NCBI GenBank assembly: GCA_051362555.1
Contig: CM120643.1
Location: forward strand, 24,928,848-24,992,847
Direction: 5' to 3'
DNA: 64,000 nt
Source of the DNA: Lingula anatina
Lineage: Eukaryota; Animalia; Brachiopoda
Both the position numbers and the translations under genes were made by a program. Every line of letters starts with the position of its first letter. Position 1 is the first letter of the stretch. The notes below the pieces were generated by a model. That model was not told the DNA's origin. It searched no databases and saw only the letters and a program-made list of their open reading frames with translations. This document shows positions 1 to 11,500 of this stretch, piece by piece.

Positions 1-242
1 GTTAAAAATCCACTTTAACACGCAAGAGAGAAAGAAATGTACCTTACAGAGAATACGTCAACATAACAGAATATCTAATTGACTTGTTTTCCGGAGCCCA
101 CGCAATGCCTGGCGTTCACGTGATCGGTGCTGTTCGCGTGAGTTGTTCAATTTTAAGAACACGTAGGAAGTAATGCTGATTTTGAGCGGACATCATTGAC
201 ACATTTGTCCTGGGTCCTTGTCGGCGCACAGCTTTGATATTA

Positions 243-457
243 GAGCGCATTCCCAGATATTTAGATCGATCTAACTAGATCGACCTAACTCCGCTGGGGT
301 TCACGCTAAATAGCTGTCAGCCGAGCGCTCACTGTAGTTAATTACCCCCTTACAGCTTTTTGTAGGCGGGACAGACATTTAAGCCGTCTAAGCTGACAGT
401 AATCTAGTGAGACTCCCCACAGGGATAGATCGATCTAAAATCTGTGGGAATGGGGTC
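243..457. mobile_element. MITE with long terminal inverted repeats, PIF/Harbinger-like
   Basis: CATTCCCAGATATTTAGATCGATCTA (248-273) is the near reverse complement of TAGATCGATCTAAAATCTGTGGGAATG (426-452). Inner arms also pair. Flanks are TTA and TAA, consistent with a TWA target. No coding capacity. Confidence 0.7.
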
Positions 458-496
458 TAAGAATATACATACGTACAGATGTTATGTGACAATGGC

Positions 497-668
497 AATA
501 TGGGCTTATTCGGTTTAAGAGGTGTTTTTCCGGTAAAATATCAGTACTTTCTCTTTATGTCATATAACACACTGCCGCCCTCTGGCGATATATGCCTTGA
601 ACACCTTTCTCTCAGGCAAGAAGTATTCTGGCATATGTCACTCCGGTGACAGTTTGTCATCTCACACG
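497..668 (-). repeat. Diverged copy of the fold-back element at 10620-10805
   Basis: Aligns by eye to the reverse complement of 10620-10805 (CTTATTCGGTTTAAGAGGTGTTTT...ACACTGCCGCCCTCTGGCGATATATGCCTTGAACACCT...GGTGACAGT...ATCTCACAC). Confidence 0.65.
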
Positions 669-3600
669 AGGAGATGAACTCCCTCTACTCGAACCGTCCG
701 TTCACAACGCCCTCCTTCTCTTCAACCCGGCTGTATACTGACAGTAACACCATATTGTGGTACCTTGAAAATCCGTATATGGTATCCTTCGTATCTAAAA
801 ATTATGATTCACACCAAAAGTATTTCATTTTCATATCTTCTATACATAATAAATGGGTTATTTGGCTCTTTGTTCCCCAACCCTTTGTAAAGATGTTTGA
901 GGAATTTCCATACACGTTCAAAGTGTACGTTATACATCTATACACACGACCATATATATATATAAAGCCTCATCTAACACTAAAAAAGCAATGGGCAGAA
1001 TGATAAAACATTTCGCTTCGCATCATTCGAAAAATTTGTTATATTAGTTTGAAGACAATTTAACCATGATACGTAGGACAAAATTATGGAAAATCTTTTT
1101 TGTTTTAGGGGAAATATCTTAAGTTGGAGGGGGAGTTGGCACCTATTGTGTTATCTTCTGGGTTTTTCATTGATATTATGTGTGCAAGGCCACAGTTTTT
1201 CACCACACTGAAAACGCGTAAAAATCCGGTACAAACATCTAATATTTTTTACTTTGTCCTATATAGAATATATATAATATATATCAAATTCGTAACAAAA
1301 ATTTTCTTTCTACAACTATATGAATGGCAGCAGTTGCAGTCTGAAAAGAATGAAATTCTTTTTAAGTATTCCGCACTGCTAAAGATAATCAAATTTTCAA
1401 GCTATTGTTCCCATTGCTAAACCCGGCCTGCGTACATTAGGGAGCAATTTACTCAAAATGATTTACTTAACTGTTCCGGTAATTGAGTTACCCAAGAAGA
1501 CCCTGTGCTTCAAGCCGTGATCCAGTAATTCTGTTAAGGAAGCTCTATGAGGACTATGTGACTGTGAAGATATTACCCGCACGTCATTTGGCCCAGCTAA
1601 ACAGCATCGAATTGTATCAGATACTGAAGTATTAATAGAAAGAAAAACACACAGTGGGTCCCTCGGGTTTAAGGTGCCTGTCCCCGTGGTGCAGAGAATG
1701 AAACCATAAGATATTCCTGCAATATGGTCTTTGTAGGGCTATTCGCGAAGTAGGCCTACGTTAATACCTCACAGCTACTAAGGTATCTTTCTGCAGCTCA
1801 GGCCCCATTCCCATAGACACCATCGGCCCTTTGCGGGGACTCTTGCTGACTGCAACCCCCCAATAAACACACATACCTTGGTGTCACCCAGCAACTGAAT
1901 TCCAAAACCCTGCTATGGCTAGCCGTAATAACGTTTACTAGTTTTATCAGCACGAAAAACAAAAACATGACAGGTCGATACAAATAAATACCTTGTAAAT
2001 TTCAAGATGTGTTTTCTCTTTATTTGGCAAGGTTTGGCAAGTTTGTAGAAAACGTACGAAATTGCCGCAAAAGCAAAGTAACAACGAATTTCGTCAACCC
2101 TTACATTGTCGAGTGCCACGTGCAAAGTACCCTATGTAGCTTTTCTGTAGTCCACTGTTAATTTTGCTTCATAGCCACATGAACGGTTAGGTGCACTTTT
2201 CGCATTTCCACTTCGCATCAAATGCGTTTTCAGCAGATGAAGTAATTCCATTAGTTTAAAAGCAATGTTATACGGTGACATGGAGTCATGCACGTACAAC
2301 TAAATCGGGATATTTTCAAAGGAAGTTGAGATAAGAGGTCTATTAAAGTACACAGACGCACAGCAAGTGCAGTTAGTCCAGATGTGTCACTTAGAAATTA
2401 CACACATCATTTGACATTTCCTTCACCCATATCTTCACACGCTATGTCTACTTATGTCTACTTTTTTCTTTTCTCTGGCATTTATTGGCATTATACTTTT
2501 TTGTCCTTTTTTATTTGAATGCTCCTTCATTATGGTTAGAAACACAATATTTCAAAAGTACATATTTATGCAAACATGAGATCTTGTATTACATAATATC
2601 ATCATCAACCTTACACCAACAGATGCTAACTAGCTTCTGCTTCATTTGACTAATTAATATAGTGTCACTCTCATATATCGTCACTGAAATCCATACATGC
2701 TGCAATATAAAAAATGGTCCTCTTCCGTTCTGGGATCTCCTACGCTCCATTTCCGGCGTGTCTAAACACATACCAAAGGGGGTTAATCAAAACACGGCCT
2801 CTCCCTGAAGTCCTACGATAATTACGCATTTCTTTTCTCAAAGGTACCCCTTAGTATTTTATGGCGAAAACCATGTGTGCTTGGATGCGCCAATGATCGT
2901 TTGAAAGCAATTGAATTTAATGAGAACATCTTTGCATTATCGTCACAATGGGTCCCCAGACTACGGGACAGTGCTAAGAGCCATTCGTATGCATGGCCCT
3001 TCGGGGAGAGCAATCACCGCCATCAACATACAGTGCATCGGGACTATTAAAGATATGCAATGGGAGTTAGAACTGTAAAGGGCATATGATACATGTATAT
3101 TTATGTATATTTTTCCTTATGGTTTCAATATTTTTAATCAACGAGGTTTAGTGTATCAAAAAAAAAAAGTTGAAAAAAGTACGATCTATAAACCTGGTTT
3201 CAAGTTTTAATTTTCTATTCTTTAATTTACCCTTAAGAGTGACATTAATTCACAGTACCATTACAAAAATCGATTCAAAATCGGAAACTTTACACTCAAA
3301 AACGGGTTGTCTGTGGTATACCATTTAAATTAAAACTTCTAAGAAAACTCCACCAAGGAGGCTCTTTCTCTCTTTCTTGGTTTGTTAATGAAAAACTTAA
3401 CTCAAAGTGTAAAGAACAAATTTTATCACATTCTAGAATAGTTCAGAAATTGGGTAAGTATCTATCAGATTTTGGTGGTGATCCACCAGTCAGAATTGAC
3501 AGTAATGAGAAATAACCCGCCTCGGCAGAGGTCTGCTCTCTCTCTCTCTCTGAGTATTTTATTATTATTATTATTATTATTATTGTTATTTTTGCATTAT

Positions 3601-4267
3601 GCCATTTTGTCAACCCTTAAAAATTGTTTTCTAAACGAAACGGATATCTTTGCCCTGTTTACGGGACACCACCTGACCCATACTTGACCCATTGAATTCA
3701 CTGACCACTGGGCATTGCCTGGGTCAAAGGTCAGCACGTTTCTCTATTTGTTAATATATTTGTTTTAATCTTATAATTTGTTTTGACTGTAAGATTGTGT
3801 GCTGTCCATAATATTGTGCCGTAGTGTGGAGTATATGAGACACACCAAGTCAAAGCTATGCCCATGCCAGGCCCGTCAGACATAGGTCAGGATCAGGATG
3901 GTAGGTCAGGATGGTAGGTCAGGATCATAATGCAAGCCATAATAAGTTGTCAGAATGGATCATAATGCAAGCCATAATAAGTTGTCAGAATGGGTATCTG
4001 GTAGCACTATGATAATTTTCCAGAAAAGAGCTGCCACGGGCAAAGTAGATATTGCCCAACCTACAGTATTGCCACACTTTGCTCAATATTGCCAGAAAAA
4101 CCGGAAAACATTCGCCGGTTGCATTGCAGCGGGACTAAGGTCAACAATAAATTTCTTTAACATGGGTACAGATCGAAAAACAAAATGGTAAAAAAACCAA
4201 AGTTAACTCAAATCAATTGTGGTAACAGAATGGGTTGGGCCATGAGGAACCGAAACTTATATTGACT

Positions 4268-5286
4268 CATTGGAATCATGTAGCATTTGCTGATGAGTCA
4301 AAACCCATGATTCAAGCTGCATCCATGTGATGGCCTTATTAGGGTACGTCGTCTTGTCAGAGAACGGTGGTTCCTACAGAGTATTCAATTAACCGTGGTC
4401 GCTGGGGGTTGCACAGTCCGTGTGTTGGGAGCACTTACATTGTAGCTCTAGTGCTCTTGCTCATTGGTTCTGCTGCGGCAAACAGTCACTGTGCAGAAAC
4501 ATCCTCCAGAACTACATGTACTTGGTACCATAATAATAATAATAATAATTATTATTATTATATATTTATTTATTTATTTTAAGTCTTAATTCCATATACA
4601 TATGTTCAGTAGACTTTACAATCATGTGCATTACATATATAGCAAATAGTTAGACACCTGCTCATTACAATATGTGTTGACGATCTCACCTCCCTCAAGG
4701 ACTGTGCCTGAACAATTTCCGCTGGCAAACCGACAGCGCAAGCCTTCACCTTTCTCGCCTGGTGACGTCTTTTGTCCAACAGAACCACATTCTGCCCATT
4801 CTGCCCGCGTTCAGAATCAAATATCGTACAAGCTGGATCGATCCAACTCTGCGAGAGATTCTCGCTAAATTACATTCAATGTAATAAGCTTATTTGTTTG
4901 CCAAGCCTCCTTGGGTAGCTAGGGGGTAATTAAATGTGAGCTCGGCTTAATTACCTCCCAACAGCTTGAAGTGGCGTTTCACATACTTAAGCCAATTACA
5001 GTGATTGCACTTGGGGAGAATTTCCCGCAGAGTTGGATCAATCCATCTAGTACGAATGGTTTATCTGAACGCTCCCCAGATATGAATCCTATAGAGTACT
5101 CCGTGGCGGATTTTGAAGGGAAAAGAAGAGATCAAGCAATTACCAATGTGCAAGAATTGACACAGGCCTAATTGGCTGAAGTGTGGACCAGTATTTCCAA
5201 GAACAAGATTGGCGACACTTGTAGGCAGCATACCCTTTTTCGTCCCAGGCCTTTTCCGTGTTTGCAGGGCTGCACACTCACTATCA
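4268..5286 (+). pseudogene. Decayed Tc1/mariner DDE transposase remnant
   Basis: Frameshifted fragments in the expected order: HWNHVAFADES (first D, from 4268), FKLHPCDGLIRVRRLVRER...TVVAGGCTVRVLGA, FRWQTDSASLH (QDNA-like second D, about 4717-4750), ARSPDMNPIE (E motif, interrupted by a MITE), NVQELTQA and a C-terminal HTHY-like end. Confidence 0.8.
4809..5070. mobile_element. Fold-back MITE nested in the Tc1 remnant
   Basis: Termini GTTCAGA...TCTGAAC. Arms such as CGTACAAGCTGGATCGATCCAACTCTGCGAGAGATTCTC pair with GAGAATTTCCCGCAGAGTTGGATCAATCCATCTAGTACG. Removing it with one GC restores GCC CGC TCC CCA GAT (ARSPD). Confidence 0.75.
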
Positions 5287-5999
5287 ATGTTGATGATTGC
5301 ATATTTTTGTTAGCAAATAAATTCGCGTCAGATTTTTTTGAAATATAACCCAAATTTATTTCATTTTTAAGTATACAGGAAAGATCTAGAGCCCAATTTT
5401 TGAGGGTCATGTTTAAACACAGCTAAATGTACACAAATGCAAGATTGTTATTGTTTATTTTAAATGTAAAATGATGCAACGTTTAGCACGTGGTAAAAAA
5501 AATCATCATATCCCAGGACTAAAAAAATATATTTTTCAGTAAAAATCATAAAACTTTTAAAGGTGTGGCCACATTGTATAACCAATAGTAGGCCTATATA
5601 AAGGCGAGACGTGCATTATTACCCTTTAACCGTTTCCCTGCATGCATATGTCACACGAGTGGATGGTTCTTTCTGGGATAAAATAAAACGCACTGAATGC
5701 AAACAAAATTGAGAGTTATTTACAGTAAGAGGGGAACAGTTCAACCAAATACCACCGACAAGATTGATGAATGAATTGGAACATGTTGGTCAGACAGCCT
5801 AATTGAATGAAGTATTTGCATGCTACCAGTCACGTCATCGCACTGAGTCAAATGATAATTAGACACACGAGGGTAGTTTACTATTTTAAGGACCTGGCTT
5901 ATGAAACCTTTTAATCACGCCTGACGGTTTTGAGGTTGTAAAGAAAGGTACAAAAAGACGACTGGGTTGAAAAATTTTGTGACTTCTAGCTGTCTCTTG

Positions 6000-6001
<2 letters not shown>

Positions 6002-6077
<76 letters not shown>
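6002..6077. repeat. (AT)n microsatellite
   Basis: Uninterrupted AT dinucleotide run. Confidence 0.95.
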
Positions 6078-6079
<2 letters not shown>

Positions 6080-6601
6080 ACCTATCGATCCGTCCATTAT
6101 AAAACTTCAACAATAGGAATTTGAATCTAAAAAATATCCCTACCCCCACGTACTAAGTTATACATTAAATAATTTGGAACAGCAACAAATTTATTCAAAC
6201 TCTGACAATAATCTGACAATAATATTTTTGCAGATTTAATTAAATTTAATATTTAATTAAATTTCATATTTGATTTAATTTATTATTTAATTAAATAAGA
6301 TAGATTCGACTTAAAATCATTCTTCTTTTTTATAATTTTTTTGTATTTTTATGTGGCCAACATATAGAAAACTGTTCTACATTTCTTTTTTTTTTTTTTT
6401 TTTTTTTTGCACTTAAAGCAACATAGTGTTCACCAAAGGGTCACAGACGACAGCACTCGCTACTGGTATTTGCTTAAAATAAAATACAATTAGTTTGATC
6501 GAGTATATTGTTAATGGAAAATAATACTCAATTAAGTTTAGCAGCACGCACGTATCCACACATCATACAGGAACCAATGAAAACATCGCATCGTAAAAAA
6601 A

Positions 6602-6776
6602 GGCCCCATTCAGAATAGGGGACTAACTAGTCCGAGGGTCATATATGGCCGAACCACTTAGAAACTTCAGCGCAGGATATCTATTCAGTGTCTATTAGCG
6701 GATTAGACGGCAAGCTTTGTAGTGGGTCGCCAAATTTGACCCTCGGACTAGCTAGTCCCCTATTCTGAATGGGGCC
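6602..6776 (+). mobile_element. 175-bp MITE, copy 1
   Basis: About 40-bp TIR GGCCCCATTCAGAATAGGGGACTAACTAGTCCGAGGGTCA / TGACCCTCGGACTAGCTAGTCCCCTATTCTGAATGGGGCC. A same-length sister copy lies at 38779-38953 in opposite orientation. Confidence 0.85.
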
Positions 6777-7032
6777 AAAGTCTCAGCACGAACTTAATAT
6801 CAATAATGTTCAGACAAGAGTATTATGTCAAGATATGGACACTTATTGTTGTTTGCTTAATAACCCTGCAGTAAGTGTAATTTTGACCAAAACCCGCCTA
6901 TATCTGCTTTTCCAGCTCCGTCAGGCCTGTCTCTTTCTTCTCAAACTTGAAGAACTCACAACCCTACTGCAGAAGATGAAGTCGTGGAAGATTTCTTAGA
7001 CAGCCAAAATCATCACGTCTATAATGATGGGA

Positions 7033-7460
7033 TTTTTTTCGACGTCTTTGTTATGTATTTCTCGAAATAGAACATTTTGATTAAGTGCAAAGGTGGGTCA
7101 AGTAAGTTCTAGCAAAAAGTGGAAAATTGCTTTTGTCTCCGAGGAAAATTCTCTTTGTGTTTTTTCCGCCGTTTCTGTTATGTATTTCTCGAAATAGAAC
7201 GTTTTGACTAAGTGCAAACACGGGTCGAACAAGGTCTCGTAAAAAGTGTAAAAATTGCATTTGTCACTGAGGAAAATTATCTTTGTGTTTTTTCCGCCGT
7301 CTCTGTTATGTATTTCTCGAAATAGAACGTTTGTACTAAGTGCAAACACGGGTCGTGCAAGGTCTCGTAAAAAGTGTAAAATCGCCTTTGTCTCCGAGGA
7401 AAATTCTCTATGTCTTTCTTTTCCGTCGACTCTGTTATGTATTTCTGGAAATAGAACTTT
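7033..7460. repeat. Tandem repeat, about 128-bp unit, about 3.3 copies
   Basis: Anchor TTATGTATTTCT(C/G)GAAATAGAAC recurs at 7051, 7178, 7306 and 7435. Confidence 0.9.
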
Positions 7461-8515
7461 CTGAGATTCCGGAATATGTAAGACGAGTGCAAAAACTAAG
7501 AGGGTGTCACAACACCTTGTGAACAAGTTGCGTTTCTGACTTCAACCAGAGCAGATGTCGACGAGAACAAAATGTCCAAAACCTAATGGATCTCGCAGTC
7601 TCGCGTGACTTGCGTGTTTAGGACACACACGACGTCAGGGTATTTTGTTTTCAACAAGGTGTAAACAATTAACAAAATCATTCAAATATAAATGGCATGG
7701 CGTGATTAGTGCGACTAAGTCTGGCTATCTTGGACAAGCCCAAAGGTGCTAGAAGTCCCAAATGTAAAAAGAAATTGAACACAACACAGTAAATAGGTGT
7801 ATTTAATATTTTAAGTACAAACCCATTAGTTACATGAAAGGACATAATATCAGTTATTAAAAGTTAATCTTTCAAACCCATCTTTTCACCAATAATAATA
7901 ATTGTCGGTGATCTATTCACTGATAATAAAGTGGCATAAAGAATAAAGGTCAGTAGTATTTATTCGAAACTTGTTCCTCGTCACAACCACAAGTTCAACA
8001 ACTCGGTTGCTGTAAACAAGCTGGATATGACGGCCGCAAAGATATAGAGTTAAAGCTATTTTATTTCAAAGGGGCACTGAAAACGCGTATTATTCGCTTA
8101 CAGAATGCCTTGGAGCTACCCGAGTACAACAGATTTAAAATATATAATTTCCCTTAACATAGTGGTTGCCGTTTATAAAAAAACAACCTATATAAAAAGT
8201 ATCTTTTATTTCACCCCACTTGTAAATTGGAGGGAGAACGTGTTTTACACCTGAACAAGATCTGCGTACCAAAATGCTAATTTTAACACATTGCGGGGCG
8301 TTTCATCGTGAGTACGATGCACTGCGGACAGTGATAATCATCAGCCTTAACTCCCCTCACTCCTATAGACAATATTTTTCAAATAACACACGCAAAAAAC
8401 TGCAGTTTTACTGTATCCTTACTAAAAAGCGGAAAACGCTGTACAATATTTCTCTGCCAGCGTGAGTAACTGACAATGATAAGTCCCCTAATCGCAAACG
8501 TCCGGCAATGATCAT

Positions 8516-11500
8516 TTATGTCCACTCCGGTGGCGACTTGGATTGCCTATACAACCTGGCAGTGGCAGCGGTCAGAATGGGCAATCGTTCCAATGCGTCC
8601 ATTGAATGAACCTGAATGAAGAAAACCCATGTTTATGATAAAACACGTGCCACAATTGACTGCATGGGTATCGAAACCGTGTTATTTATTTTTTATGTAT
8701 GCATCTGTTTGTTTGTTTCTTTGTTTATCTTAGGTCCTCACCTTTAAGTGAATAAACGCATCGGTGCCAAACCCTTCCATTGACGTCAGGCTGAGGTCGC
8801 CATGGAGATAACGTGCATACAGACGTGATATGGGCAACCCCACGCCATAACCAGCCTAGGAAGAAGAAAAGTGTAACAGTGTCAGAAAAGAGCGCACTCT
8901 TTTGGGGAGCAAAGTACCTTGTCACACCTTACAACATAAACATCACCTAGTTCATAGAAACGTTCCGCTTTTAAGAAAACATTTGGCGTGATTCCTTTTT
9001 AATGTGCGACTCGTGAGATTTAAAACGGTGCCATATTGCTTTTTTCTAGAAAAATAAAACACGGGTATGGAGCACGTTTGTCGTTTTATAAATGATTTCC
9101 TAATAATTGACAATGACTTTTCACCAACACACACACTGTTAGGACCACAGTGCCCTTTTATAATGTTTCAAATTTGTAACTGAAAACCGATTTTAATGGC
9201 AATACGTTTTTATTATTGTGTATCTATAAACTTGCTTTTTTAATTAATGTCAAATATTTTTTTTAATTTCAGAGAAAGCTCTTTGCTTACCAGTGAACCG
9301 GGTGATTTGGCGGTGGTGAAATTGTACTGAAAAACTTTATCAATTTTGCTTCGTGGGATGCCACCGGCTTTGTCCATTATCTGCAAAAAAAGATGTCGTA
9401 CAAAATGAAAGTTCAAACACAAAGAAATAAATATTTTAAGCAGTTTGACAAAACGACCAATTCCATTCAAATAATCATCGGCAATTTAATCGTTGGACCT
9501 TTTTCGGGACTTTGCTGGGGGGAGGGGGGCACAAATATGCTTGGGGAGAGCACAAAAATCTGAAAGATTGCCTAGCGGGCACATGGGTATTAAAATGGTC
9601 TCGTCTTGTTTTGTTTCGCTTGTTTTATTGTTTTTTATTCTGGAGGCAGAAAGAATAGGCCTACCTCAGAAGCCAATGGAGGGGCATGCTGTCCCGCACC
9701 CCCCCCCCCCCCCCCCCCATCCCCACACTCCCGATCCGCCGTTAGTACTGCGGAGCTCAAGATCAAACTGAATGCCTCCATGGTACCTTCGGAGCGTGTC
9801 TGATGACTCAATCCGACCAAATCTCATTCTTTGATACAGGCAACCAGGAAAGTTTCAAATGTTGCATAACACGACCAAGGACGCGAATAGTCAAGTGAAA
9901 CTTAACTGAGTTTGTGATCTTAAGTCAGGCAATGAATGCCATAATAAGAAAACCGATTTTGCGTTATCGCCTGTCCAACCAAAATGTAAACAATGTTGTC
10001 AGGCAATGAATCTAACTAAGTGACTTCAAGCATAAAACTTGGAACAGCGTTAACAAATGTAACTATTACTGATTCGAGCTGCGTTAAAATTCTCTCTACA
10101 AAGACAAAATTTATCATTGAAACTATCAAAACTAGCATGCAAGCCACTCATCATGGATATCTGCGACTTTTTGGTAATCATCAATGCAAGCGGCCATATA
10201 GCAAAAACAAATTAAACAAAAAAATGAATAGTTACAAGATATTTGCTTTTTGAAATAATAACCCATTTATTGCTATTCTTGTTTTCTTTTTCAATAAGTC
10301 AGAACCTTCTTCATTACAAAAATAAAATCCCAAAAGTAAAAAGCGTCAGAAAACTAATACCCCTATCCCATCATGGATCGTCTGCTTTATGCCTTAAAAA
10401 ATGCCGCCTGCACAGGCGACAAAATAATTGATTTCCAAAGACAAAAAAAGCATAAGGTGAAGTTTGGTGAAGCGATGCGTCGAGTATATAACATAAATGT
10501 CGATAAAAAGCTTAAAGCGTACATGACAATTACTACTTCTAACGACACAGGTACCATGACATGCAGCATTTACGCAAAGTTGAGTCATTATGATCCAAGC
10601 CGCGAAAACCCACGGTGCCACTATGTGTGAGATAATACACTGTCACCCGAGCGATATATGCCATAACACCTCGAGCGTCAGCGAGAGGTGTTCATGGCAT
10701 ATATCGCGAGAGGGTGACAGTGTATTATTTGACATACATACTGAGAAAAAATACAGTCATTTCATCCTAAAACACCCCTAAAACCGAATAAAGTGACCCT
10801 ATATCACGCTCTAGAGATGTTATACGGAATAAACTCGTCCACGTGCGCTGGTCACCTCCCTCCAAATTCTTACGTAATGTCTGACCAATTTGGTCAATTT
10901 TTGCTAAATACTTGTCGTGGACATTCAACTGTCTTGAGAAGTATTTAATCAACCGTCGACACTGACCATGCACGTCTCAGCTGAGCCACACCTAGCTGGG
11001 ACTGCCACGGAAACAAGGTCCCAAGGCAAAACCTCTACTTTTTAGTGACATTTCTGATAAAAAAGGAGCGTCAGACCGAAATATAGTCAAACTTATATTT
11101 CACAAGTGCAAAGGAGAAAGGAATTTACTTTTTGGTGATATTTCTGACAACGAGGCAGTTTCGGAATATATTCAAAATCGACGGATGTTTATTACAAGTT
11201 CACGGGAGTAATAATTCTAGTTTTTTATTGTTATTTCTGACGACGAGGCGGTTACTGAATATAGTCAAAATCAAACGGATGTTTATTTCAAGTCCACAGG
11301 GGTAATAATTTGACGTTTTGGTGACATTTCTTTTTTACTACGAGGCGGTTTCGGAATATACATGTGCTGGTTTTCAGAGCATTCATGTGCTACATGTAAT
11401 TACAAGTTCAAAGGGAGAATACATTTTATTTTTACCGATATATCTGATAAAGGGGAAGAATGAACAGCTTAAAAACAAAAGGTAAATAACACAACCCTCG

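Noticed and set aside
570-590. CTCF-like motif CGCCAGAGGGCGGC on the minus strand
   Set aside because: It lies in a diverged copy of the fold-back repeat whose other copy lacks the motif, so it is probably chance.
4291-4305. CTGATGAGTC resembling a hammerhead ribozyme core
   Set aside because: It encodes ADES of the Tc1 remnant and has no stem II or GAAA.
7033-7460. CRISPR-like periodicity in this array and in 11035-11455 and 38276-38362
   Set aside because: Whole units are repeated with no unique spacers, there are no cas genes, and the context is eukaryotic.
7098-7526. 142-aa ORF with internal repeats
   Set aside because: It is a translation of the 128-bp tandem repeat.
9493-9820. Pro- and Gly-rich ORFs
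   Set aside because: They arise from poly-C/G tracts in what appears to be a decayed repeat inside PDK intron 8.
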